Assembly: GCA_050084515.1 (NCBI GenBank)
Contig: CM114271.1
Coordinates: 992,001-1,056,000 of the forward strand
Direction of reading: 5' to 3'
Length of the DNA stretch: 64,000 nt
Source of the DNA: Blasia pusilla
Lineage: Eukaryota
Shown here: positions 27,101 through 38,062 of the stretch, piece by piece
Numbering within the stretch: the stretch's first letter is position 1
How the letters are laid out: each line of letters opens with the position of its first letter
The notes under the pieces: generated by a model
What the model was told of the DNA's origin: nothing
The model's input: only the letters and a program-made list of their open reading frames with translations
Databases searched by the model: none
Position numbers and translations under genes: made by a program

Positions 27101-29819
27101 TGGCAGGGGTTCTGTTGCATGGTGATCAGGACGTTTCGAGAGCAGGAAACTCTTGAAGAATTTGCATGTGGAATCCATCATGTGCTCAGATGCATAGGTC
27201 TGTTTTAACCAATAGCTTTGCTCTCAGTTTATCTCCAGACATTGCTCAAGCAATTATTAGTATACTTCAGTGTTGGTAAATTGATTTCTCTTTGATTTGA
27301 ATTGTTCATGGGTTGTGGAGTGTTGAGGGAACTAGGCATTGATCATGATTGTCTAATACTGCCTACAGCTTGTACTCATACAACTGCACCAAACCTTCCC
27401 AGCAGTGGAGCTCAGTTTTCTTTCTGAAGTCTTGGAAGCATGTCAGTTCTCTTATGGGTGAGTCTTTGGTTTTACTTCGTACAGTAACCATACTCGTTGC
27501 TTGCAAGCATTCAAAGTCATAGTAACGATTTTATATGTAAGCAATGTTAAGCAAATTTATATCTAGAAGTCATGTTTTTATGTGATGTCCTATATTTTGT
27601 TACGTTTGTTTTTTTTCAGTTGGCTAGTTTTTTAATCTGTAATGTGTTCATATTTTATTTCCTGTTCTCATAGATGGATAGGTTTGGAGAACTCCCTGTG
27701 TTTGTAGGGATGCAGTGAAGGCCTTGAACGACTCGGGACTGGTGCCAATGAATGAGGAGATTGGGACAGCGGTTGACCATGAAGAGGCATTGCAGGCACT
27801 ATTTGAGACAGATGTGGGCTCTGTAGAGGCTGGTCCTTCTAGTGTTCACAAGATGAACAGGGAACCTTACACAGTTGTAGTTGCAAGAGCAAGGTCTCAA
27901 AGTTCATCAAATAAAAAATTTGTGAAAGGGACGATTAAATCTGATGGTAAGCCGCCATTGCCTTTTTGGTATTTGGCTAAAGTGCCCTTGATCATTTGAT
28001 TTTAATTACACTGTTTTGAGGGTCTTATGTAGATCTTGCATGGGAGCGTTGGGATGACATTAAAGGTTATCATCATATCTGATCTTGATGCAGGTGAAAG
28101 CGATGCCTATGATGAACACCGCCAGACAGCAAGTGAGCACATGAACACAATGAAGAAATATTTTCAAGAGGTAAAGAATTGTTAGGATTTTCTTAAGAAA
28201 AAAAATGACTGTATAGTAAAATATTCAAATTTATGTTTTGACTTTTTAATTCAAGTTGAACAAGATCGTTTCAAGTTTGTGATATAATCTTTGTCAGACT
28301 TGTTATTGGTAGAGCTGGTGATAAATGGTGTATGTTTCCATAGTGCATGCTTGTCTCTGAGATATTAATTTGCACATTCTAAGTAGTTTGCTGCCTATCC
28401 CAGGCCACTGCAGCATATGGGCGAGGTAATCGAGCCTTGGCTGGTGTGCTGTCGGAGAAGGTACAAAGTCTTCATTCTGGAGTGCCCATATTATACATTG
28501 AGTCCTCAAAGCCATTATTTATCTATTCTCAGAACAGAGTGGATGGTCAATTTTTTCCTGTGAGACATTTCTGTTGGAAGATTTTTGGGGAAAAAAAGTT
28601 ATTCCTGTCCTGAAGGATGTGTGTGAATCATTCAGGTTCTTTAAAAATCAAGATGATGCTGTCTTTTAATACCATAGGCACGATGACTTACTTATTGCAT
28701 CCGTCAAACAATATTTGTTTTTCAGTACAATCGGAGTAATTAAGTTCTTGCTATTTCTTGTAACCATTGCAGGGAAAGGAATATAAGCAGTTGGGCAGAG
28801 AAGCAAGCCTGAGAGCTAGCGAAAATATTTTCAACTTGAAGTACGTTAACATCGAACCTATTGTGCCCTTAGCTCAGTTTCGTTGTTCAGACTGATGTGT
28901 AAGTAGAATGGAATTATACTAATGTAGCCTGTGCGCATTTTCGTTGTTCATGCTCTTGTAGATATGGAGAATGGAATATCTAATTGATTCTTATCTATAT
29001 GATGACGTTACATGTTTGAAGTTATGATTTAAGCATTGCGGGCATTGAGCTGCAGGAACCAAAACATTAGGAACAATATTACAATTGACCTGCACTCACA
29101 GCATGTCCAGGAGTCCTTCAGTCTCCTGAAACTCCACTTGAAATCTTTATCATCTATACCATGTAAGGCTCTGACCTGTTCCACTGGTTATACTTCAATA
29201 GTATTTCTTTGAGGGTATGAAGAACTGTCAGGGTCTTTTAACTCAAAAGTTTATAAATTCTTACTGTTTCCAACTGGATGCAGCTGTTCATACCCTCACA
29301 GTTATAACGGGACAAGGGGCCCATAGCATTGGTGGACGAGCAAGAATCAAGCCTGCTGTAAGATGCCGAAACTTAGTCCCCCGTTTCCAGTCATGACTTC
29401 ATAACCTCGACATGTTCATGTATAGCTCATATCGCTTAGGTGCTGAATTCAATATGGAATGTCCCACAGGTGCCCATTGATGCAATGAGTCTCACTTTTG
29501 AAACCAGCTACAAAGAAATCTTTGAAATTAGGGGTTTATGCAGAGCAGTGCAAATTTTGATCAGCTTGCAAACATGATGAGTGTATAGTTTCTTAGAGAA
29601 AACTTCAGTGCTTTTTGTCACCTTCGGTGTGTGAATGTCAAGGCTTACTGTGGGAAATATTGGTTACCATGACCACAGATAACGAAGTTTATGACGACAA
29701 AGAATATTCCTTGGACGGAGCCAAATGGAGGGTGTCTGATAATCAAGATGGCAGATGTGCGGCGCTACTACACTAGTCCTAGGAGCTCTGATAGTTCGTC
29801 TGGCTATGAATCCTCTTAG
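24157..29819 (+). CDS. CUE-like + DUF1771 + Smr domain protein (At5g58720-like family), ~11 exons. Start codon uncertain.
   Basis: CUE/UBA-like segments LLEAFPGISLQSIVSAYARANEDPNYAAELL, FLHSMLGDSFELRVDVVRDVLG and LIEAFPNRDPAEVLIAYQECNEDLELA. DUF1771-like HRQTASEHMNTMKKYFQEATAAYGRGNRALA. Smr domain TIDLHSQHVQES...TVITGQGAHSIGGRARIKPA...EPNGGCLII. Stop at 29817-29819. Confidence 0.9.
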
Positions 29820-31599
29820 CTTGTGGGTCGGTTGTTGATGGTATGGGTGCTGTAACATTTACCTTGTGCCAGCTGGATCTGATTGCGTTGGTGCATATGA
29901 GGGTGTCCATGGGTGAGGGTGAAGGTGAAGTTCTATTTTCTCCACATTACGGGCCCTGCAAAAATTGTGGGTGGTCTTTAACCTATAACTTATGATTAGA
30001 GTGATGGCCAGGATTTCACATTGTTCACGAGCTCTAGAGGCAGGTCAAAAAATTTGAGTCCTTATCATCAAAGGAGGCTGAGAGTAGGTCTCTTCAAAAG
30101 AGACACAGGGTAGGTCCCAGTTGATAATGAACTTGACACGAGTTTCTGCACTGATATTCTGATTTTTCTTTTCTGAAGACCATGTGCAATGGATGTTTCC
30201 TGTAGCTTTGTGTAGTGAATGTTAAAACTAAACTTACCGGAATATCAAAATGTTTGGAAAAGAAGTTCAGGGTTTAGGGTTGAGTTTTAGGATTTAGGGT
30301 TTGGTTTTAATTCCTTTTGGATTTTGGTCTCTCAGAAGCATAACATTAATCTATACTATTAACAGAGAAATGGTTTTCAAATGGCGACATCCCCCGGCAT
30401 GGGTTGGGGGCATTCAAGTAATGGGGCGTCCAGGGCATTCAAGTAACAGGGTGTTCACACATCATCCAATCTTGGGTGTTTCTACATAGCTGCCCCTTCT
30501 AACACTCTCATTCAGCATTTTACTATTTCTAGGATGGCTCTTCATGTTCTGTCTTACTAGTTTGCTTGTAGGTTGTGCCCTCCCCCCGGGCTTCTAGGTT
30601 GTGCCCTCCCTCTGGGGCTGACCCGTAGGGAGCCTAGAGAAACTAGCTAGACTACTCTTCACATACACGAAAATAACCAGAGCTTCCTGAACACATCCTA
30701 CCATGAGTTAAATCCTTTTATTCTCAACAACTTTTTTCTATAGCAAGTAGGAAAGAACTGGACCTCTCAATATCTCCTTCTATATGATGCGGCCTGTATG
30801 AGTCAAGATGTACATATGCTCTAATTTTACACATCCCGGTTTCTTTCTCAGCAATGCCTCATCCTCATGAAAAATAGGGTGGGCATTAGATAACCACCAT
30901 GACAAAAAACTTGGTAAATGACGAGGGTGTCTCATTTCTTGGCACACAATCACGAGTATTTAAACAAATGATGGGGCTTCTCTCATTTCTGCGCACACAA
31001 TCACACGTACGTAGACCAAAAATCTCTCAAAATTCTGAAGTATGGGCGCTCGTTCCTAACTACCATACTATCCTTGCGTCCTCCTATGATGATAAGCTGG
31101 GCCATAAGCTTTTTTACGTCTACATGAATGCGGTTCACTTGCTCTTAAAAGTACACAGATACGACAATTGGCAGATTCTCACAACTCACTTCACACACAT
31201 ACACTAGATGGCACGAAGCTTGGAAACATGATTTCTTTACTTCTCTAGCAAACTCCACAAACAAACATATAATCAGAGCTGCTTGCAAAATTTAGAAAGC
31301 ACAAAGCTTTTCACCTTGAAAGTAGCTAGGAAGCATCAATCTCTTACATTAACAAATAACAATCTAGCCAATCCCACCCTCAACGAGGTTATACCGATTT
31401 ATGTATATTGACATCATCATGGGCTAGCTTATGTTTGAAGTCTCAACTAAGGAAAGAGAAGTGTCTCCAAGTCCTCTTTTGAAATATATGTTGTTCTTTT
31501 GAAATATATCTTGTCCAAGATTCCAATTGGTAAATGATCTTGGTTTTGGGTTTCTTTTAATTTTGTCATGGTAGATGAAACGTAAAACAAGATTTTGAG

Positions 31600-33588
31600 G
31601 ACAGGTTGACGTCCGCGCCCATCTTGAGGAGACCAATCAGGGGACATCCTTTCAGTTGCACACAGATTGGAGCATGTTGGGGCTTGGAGCGGTGCTCACC
31701 CAACATGATGATGAGGGTAGAGACTTCGTGGTGGCTTACGCTAGCTGCTCGAACAACGCTGCAGAGGCAAAGTACAACTTGTATGAGGGTGAGTGCTTGG
31801 CTACAGTGTGGGTTGTCGTGCATTTCAGGTGATACTTATTCGGCAACCCCTTTACCATCATCATTGATCATCAACCACTGAAGTGGTTGATGGAGTCCGG
31901 CAAGCTTACAGGGAAGCTTGCGAGATAGGCTCTATTGTTGCAAGAGTATGATTTTCAGGTGGTACATAGACCTGGGACGCTCAACCAAGATGCAGATGGG
32001 TTGAGTCGTAACCCATGCTCGAGTCATCAAGATGCGACTGGAGCTCGATGGCATGGAGAGAGTGATGAGGAGTCAGTGCGTGGATGGCACGCGTCAGCCT
32101 ATTTAGGCATGTTGGCTATGGAGAGCCAGAGTGTGGAGACTTTGATGGCGAGGTCTAGTGGAGAGTCCTTGGATCCCGAGGCAAATGAGGGGACGACAGG
32201 TGGCCGAGATATTCATGATGATGGAGTAGTCTTGGAGTACCTTCGTACTGGTAGCGTTGCGAGCACCGTGGGTGCTAGAGAGCGGGATCGGATCCTACAG
32301 TAGGCCAGACGGTTCCGTTGGGAGGGGACACATGTTTTGAGGGTTTGGGAGGATGATAGAGTACGCGTAGTGCCGCATCCTTTGCAGAGAGCACGACTAG
32401 TGTAGCATGCCCACGAGGAGTTGGATCACTTTAGGATGAAATGGACGTACCGCTTGCTCCAGATTCAGTATTGGTGGCGAGGCATGGAGTCTGACGTTCA
32501 ACAATTTGTTGCCAGGTGCATGGTGTGTGATTGGGTCGGAGCATCGTTCAATGCTCCGACTCCACAGTTACATCCATTACCGATCATGGGCTTAGGGCAT
32601 AGATGGAGTTTGGATTTTGCAGGACCTTTGCCTTTGACGGAGTGTCACAATCGTTATGTGTTGGTGATGGTCGAGTACTTCTCGAAGTGGATCGAGTTGG
32701 TTGCATTGCCTGACAAAGCAAGTGAGGGAGTAGCTTATGCCTTCCTTCATAGAGTGCTGAGTCATTATGGGCACTAGCTGAGGTGTTGACAGACCAGGGT
32801 ACCGAGTTTCGCGGTGAGCTACAGACCTTGTGTGATCAGGCGCTGATCGACCACCACACGACTTCGCGAGATCATCCCCAGGCGGATGGATTAGCAGAGA
32901 TAGTTGTGCAGACAGTGAAGAGGGTTTTATGCAAGTATGGCTTGCATAGAGGTCACCTAGGAGATTGGGACCTCCAGTTGCCGTGGCGATGGGATACAGA
33001 TTCAGGAGGCAAGCATCCTTAGTGTCTTTTTCACCGTACTTGCTACTTTATGGCCGAGAGCCAGATTTACCAGCGGCCATTCGTCGAGATGTTGGTGAGG
33101 TGCTAGACCTTGATGACCCAGATGTATGGATGCGAGCATGTTCTCAGAGGGCTGAGTTGTGCAACATCGGGATACGTTGAGGTATGCCACTATTCGGGGT
33201 GGCGGTTATCGACCAACTATCCGGAGGTTTCATCAGGGAGATTATGTCTACTTGCAACAGATGGCACCGATGACATTTGATGTGACTCCAGAGCGTACTA
33301 TCCTGAGAGTGTGTGACGTTTTGCCATCCAGTGTTCTCTTGCTGGAGGGACGGGATGGTATGGTATGGAAGGATCATGTACGTAATTATGCGCCATGTCA
33401 CCTTCTTAACATTGATGGTATAGTAGATCCGAGATTAGCAGTAGTTCTTGCAGGCTTGCGTTGTATGTTGTGTGGTTCTGCCCCTGGTAGTCTGTGATGG
33501 ATGTTTGAGAGGTTGGCATATGGCATGTTTGACGCCACCTCTCACTAGGGTTCCTCGGGGACGATGGATGTGTCCCAGATGTACATAG
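31600..33588 (+). mobile_element. Degenerate Ty3/gypsy pol fragment: RNase H, integrase and C-terminal PHD finger
   Basis: RNase H: LHTDWSMLGLGAVLTQ, VVAYAS, EGECLA, IDHQPLKWL, LQEYDFQVVHRPG, DADGLSR. Integrase: HHCC region, WSLDFAGPLP, LTDQGTEF, HPQADGLAE, SPYLLLYGREP. Several stops and frameshifts; RT and gag are missing. Confidence 0.93.
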
Positions 33589-33753
33589 AGGAGATACTAG
33601 GTAGGTTTCGATTGCAACTTTTTTTGTGACATGGATGACAGGAAGGCGACTAACGATGGGGCCACATGAGCATCCGGCCTTTCTGCTCTTAGTGTCCTAG
33701 AGATGTATGTCGTGGTAGGTAGGGATAGATGACTATATGGAGTTAGAGGGGCA

Positions 33754-34471
33754 ATTGGAGATATTTTGGTACTTCTCGCCTATGTGTATGGATGCTATGA
33801 GTTAGCATGGGATTGTGTGTGTGTGTTCGGTGACAACGATGTATATTGTGTAGCGATGTGTATGCGCACCACAACTGTCACGACTGTTATGATAGATCGG
33901 TGGGATCTAGTAGAGCGTCTTTAGGAGTAGTGGAGGACAAGCCCAAGAGTTCGAGAATGACGTGCTGAGGCCTTGGGAAACCTGAGAGAGCAGGTTTCCC
34001 CTTCGTTTCGGCTCATTTGGAGCCATATAGATAAACTTACTATTTTTGGTAAGTTTCCATGTTGGGGATAGTTGACTTTCCAATTTTGGAAGTGGCCCCT
34101 GACCTGCTTCAGCAAGTCAAGAACCAAGGAGGTGACCTGCGAGCATAGGTTACTGTTGACAGGGCTTGGGAGAGGGAAGGGGGTATACCTCCAAAGGAGA
34201 GAACTTGAGAGCTCATTCTTACTTTGTTGAACCTCTTGGCATTAGGCGGCGGAGATATGGTCCCTTGCCTTGTGAATGTAACCCAAGCCTCTCATTAGGA
34301 GAGTGCTATGGTGTAAGATGGTGTAGAGAGAGATTGGATCTTACTTTATTGGAGATATTTTGGTACTTCTCGCCTCTGTGTATAGATGCCATGAGTTAGC
34401 ATGGGATCATGTGTGTTTGTGTGTGTGTTCGGTGACAACGATGTATATTGTGTAGCGATGTGTATGCGCAC
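33754..34471 (+). repeat. ~120 bp direct repeat (33754-33869 and 34348-34471) around a probable LTR-derived segment
   Basis: Near-identical ATTGGAGATATTTTGGTACTTCTCGCC...GATGTGTATGCGCAC copies lie directly downstream of the gypsy pol. The intervening segment begins near TGTCACGAC (33876), an LTR-like start. Confidence 0.75.
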
Positions 34472-36008
34472 GATAGGAGAAAAAAAAAGAGAAAATGGAA
34501 TGGAAAGAAATTATAACAAAATACTAGCACAACATTAAGACAAGACATTCTGCGGTAGAGAAGTTCAAGGGAATAACTTCCATTCTGCAGTGCGCATCGA
34601 CGTAGCACCGAGAGATCACCAAAATATGTGGCAAGAAGAGAAAGAGAAATGCATAATAAGGCCTAGTGGTAGGGGTCGTAACAAGGTCATATTTGAATGT
34701 CTGTAACTTAATCCAAAATAGGAAATTCCTACTAAATCAAGAACCTCCAAAAAACCTCTATGAAGGTCCCAAGAAAATCCCCAAATGATGACATATGCAC
34801 ATATGTCACCAAAGGAGGCCACTATGTGTGTCTTGGACTTTCCACATCTGAACCGCCCTAGTGAGGCCTATTACATACTCTCACTCGACTACAAAGATTA
34901 TGACATTTTTCATGCAAGAAGGGCTAAGTAGATGCAAGAACACATATTTTAGGAGTTTAAGACCATGCCACTTATTTTTGTTCCTCACGCGAATGATGCA
35001 TAAAAAGTTGGTATATACACAAATACATGGATTGAATACAAGATTCGTATACCATGCATGGCATGAGTATCTTACTAATTTATATCAAATATGAAATTGT
35101 TATGACTTTAATGGGGTGCCCATTTAGGGTTCATGAAGCAACTCATTTGGTTGTGTAGAGAATTTTCATGGTTAATTTGAATTAAGGAGGTCATTGTAGC
35201 GTTGCTTAAAGGAATTCAACTAGGATGGAAATTCATCGTTTGATCAGATATAAATTCATCCTATACCAACTATTTGTATGTCAATGCATGGTGGGCACAA
35301 ATAATAAATAAATCTAGTCATATTGTGATCATCATCAATTTAAAATAAATGGTGGATTACAATAAGTAAGATTTTGTTCCTATTAAGGAATTTTTTTGGG
35401 GAAGTTTCAACCACATCTCTATCCGTTTCAACCTCTATTTTCTGCAAGATCAAAAAGTGCCCAAAATACTGATTCTAGAATTACCATCCTTGTGCACTAT
35501 TGGTACCCGATTCCCTCAAGCCGATGGAGATTTTACACGGTGGATTAGTAGGTTGTGTAGTAATATATTTGATGGGTCGTTTGAATTCTCATCTTGGACC
35601 TCTTACGCTTAGACCCAAGGATGTGAATGAGTGAGGAAGGGAGGAACAAAGGGATTCGATGACTCTCAATTTGTATCTTAATGTCTCCTCACATTTACAT
35701 GTTTCATAAAAGGAGAGCGCCCCAAACGCCACTCATTGGCCAAGGGAGGTGTCACCATAGATGAATGCATCACCTAATAACAATATAGATTTTAAAAATA
35801 AAAATTTAAAAAATATCTTTAACCTACAAATATTATTGTAAAATCCTGTCTCACAATGCTTGCATGATACATTAACAACAATTTTGATCAATACAAGCTT
35901 ACCATGTGTCTCACATATTTTAAGATTTCTCATATTTGATTTTAGAGCCGGGTCCGAGTATTTTTTTCAAAAGAACGGGTACATTTTTGGTATGTATAAA
36001 GAAGAAAG

Positions 36009-36665
36009 CCTCAATAAAAAGAGAGTGATGGAAAATCCATCGGGAGTACAAAAGAGTACTCAAAGAATCAAGAACATGAAGGCCAAAAAAGAAAATGGGG
36101 CACCCCCCACCAGCTAAACTCATCAACAGCCGAGACAATATCAACAACACATAGAGAGACATGACTACCCCTGAGTGGGCCTCTCACACCGACATCTCCT
36201 ACAGCCTCAACCCACTACAAAAGCCCATTAGCTTGGGCACGCTACAAAGCTATGAAGACCCACAATAAAGAATTCATTTTCTTGAGTGGAGATTATGAGC
36301 GCAATCCATACGGAACGAGTCAGACCTCTCCCCCATAAACCCAAACATCTTTATGGCTAGGGGGACGAATCGACGTCCATCGTGAAGTCAACTATAGAGA
36401 TGTGTCTTCCTCGGGTCGCCGCCGCTCCTTGTAGCAATCTCCCTTGTGCCACCACCCAGGCTTGCACAACCTTCCGCGTAGGATACGTTATTACAACATC
36501 CGCCACCACCATTTTAGCCTCTTCTGTAACATAAAGATTAGCACACATGGAATAATGCCTCTCTCTTTGCACATAGAAGCCGCTCTCGCGAGCAATACTG
36601 AACATGATATCCCGCATAACATAACAATCCTCTCATCCCCAAATGGACAGTGTGCTAAATGCACA
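36009..36665 (-). mobile_element. Second, longer 3' fragment of the CRE-type RLE non-LTR element
   Basis: Translates as RDIMFSIARESGFYVQRE...VVADVVITYPT and, after a frameshift, RFVPLAIKMFGFMGERSDSF. It is colinear with 15120-15590 and ends in the same hairpin (36027-36041). Confidence 0.7.
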
Positions 36666-36725
36666 CAAAGTGGATCTAGACTCCAGAGTTTAGGGTATAG
36701 GGTTCTTGCTTTAGTTTAAGAATTA

Positions 36726-37198
36726 CTGTCTTAGGGTAGACCTGCTAGTGAATGTCCATACAAGCGTGCTAAGGGAAAGTGAGATTTGTACTTGTGATGG
36801 AGAGTCACTATGACTTTGTCCATTGCTTAACTTACAACACGACCCTACAGCTTGAGAATGTAGCTTGGAGGGGTCAATTTAGGGTTACATTTTCGTCATA
36901 AGCCTATGCATTTCTCTTGGTATCGATCTCCTCATTCTCTACAAAGAGAGACAAAAATTCTATACATTTTCCTATTCCAATAAACTACTTTAGTTGAATA
37001 TTCCATCATTTTTGGTTAGTGAATGAGAAAATAAAATGAAAAATTTAAAATTCAACCGGCTAGGTCAACAAGTAACTCCTATTCTCCCCTGACTTCACTC
37101 AATCAACCATGGATAATACTTTAGAGTAAAGACTAGGATTTGAATAACCCATGAGCATACTTGCATGGACATCCACTAGTGGTTCTACCCTAAGACGG
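36726..37198. mobile_element. MITE-like element with ~45 bp imperfect terminal inverted repeats
   Basis: GTCTTAGGGTAGACCTGCTAGTGAATGTCCATACAAGCGTGCT (36728-36770) is an imperfect reverse complement of AGCATACTTGCATGGACATCCACTAGTGGTTCTACCCTAAGAC (37154-37196). The interior is AT-rich and non-coding. Confidence 0.75.
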
Positions 37199-37222
37199 AC
37201 ATCTTCTCATGACCCATAAACA

Positions 37223-37340
37223 ATGCCACAAACTACCTAAGCCAATGGGCTTTTGCTACGCACTCATATTGTAAGAGTTGTCGGGATGCCACAAACTACC
37301 TAAACCAATGGGCTTTTGCGACGCACTCATATTGTAAGAG
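37223..37340. repeat. Tandem duplication, 63 bp period
   Basis: ATGCCACAAACTACCTAA...CACTCATATTGTAAGAG occurs at 37223-37277 and 37286-37340. Confidence 0.9.
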
Positions 37341-38062
37341 ACGTCTGCAGTAGAAACCCATTTAGTGATAATCACGTTCCACTCACTACTGGGGTTGGAA
37401 TGCCCGTTTGAAGAAGCGGGTACCTACTCACTGCTCCCATTTCAGGTAACGGTAATTTTTAGGGACGTCCGAAAGAGAATTTTGTCCTCTTTTGGACGAT
37501 ATCAATTTTTAAATTCTTGTTTATAAGAAATTATTATTATTATTCAATAAAGTCCACTCGTGTGGACTCCACGAGAATTTTCTCCGTCCCCGTATTTATT
37601 CCTCGTCGGGAGGAAATGAGTGGCCCTAATACTCATATTGTCATTGCCGTTGGAGAATGAGTTATTCTTATTCTTTTTTTTATTCCCAATGGAATTTTAC
37701 ATATTATTATTGAGGCCTCTACCCCAAAGTGCTGTCAGTCACGAAATGACCGGCTCTACCATCCAGTCAGAAAGGACCGGCTGTACCTCGCCCTAAACCC
37801 CCGAACTTTGCGACCTCCTTAAACCCCATTCTCGTGCACAGAGCAAAACGAATTCAAACTTCATTTCCAATTTCATCGCGACATCCCTACCGAATTCGAG
37901 AGCCTCGCGCACTGGCAGAGCGAACAACTACGGCAGAGCCCGGATATCTGATATTTGTGTGTTTTATTAAATTCGGGAAAGGCCAGTCAGCGTTTGTCCC
38001 GTGGAGATCGGACTACTTTCGTTGTTTGAAGTGTGTTTTTGGAGGGTTTGTGCGTGTACAGC

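Noticed and set aside
30270..30310. Telomere-like TTTAGGG units
   Set aside because: Only two or three degenerate, non-contiguous units, too few to call an interstitial telomeric array.
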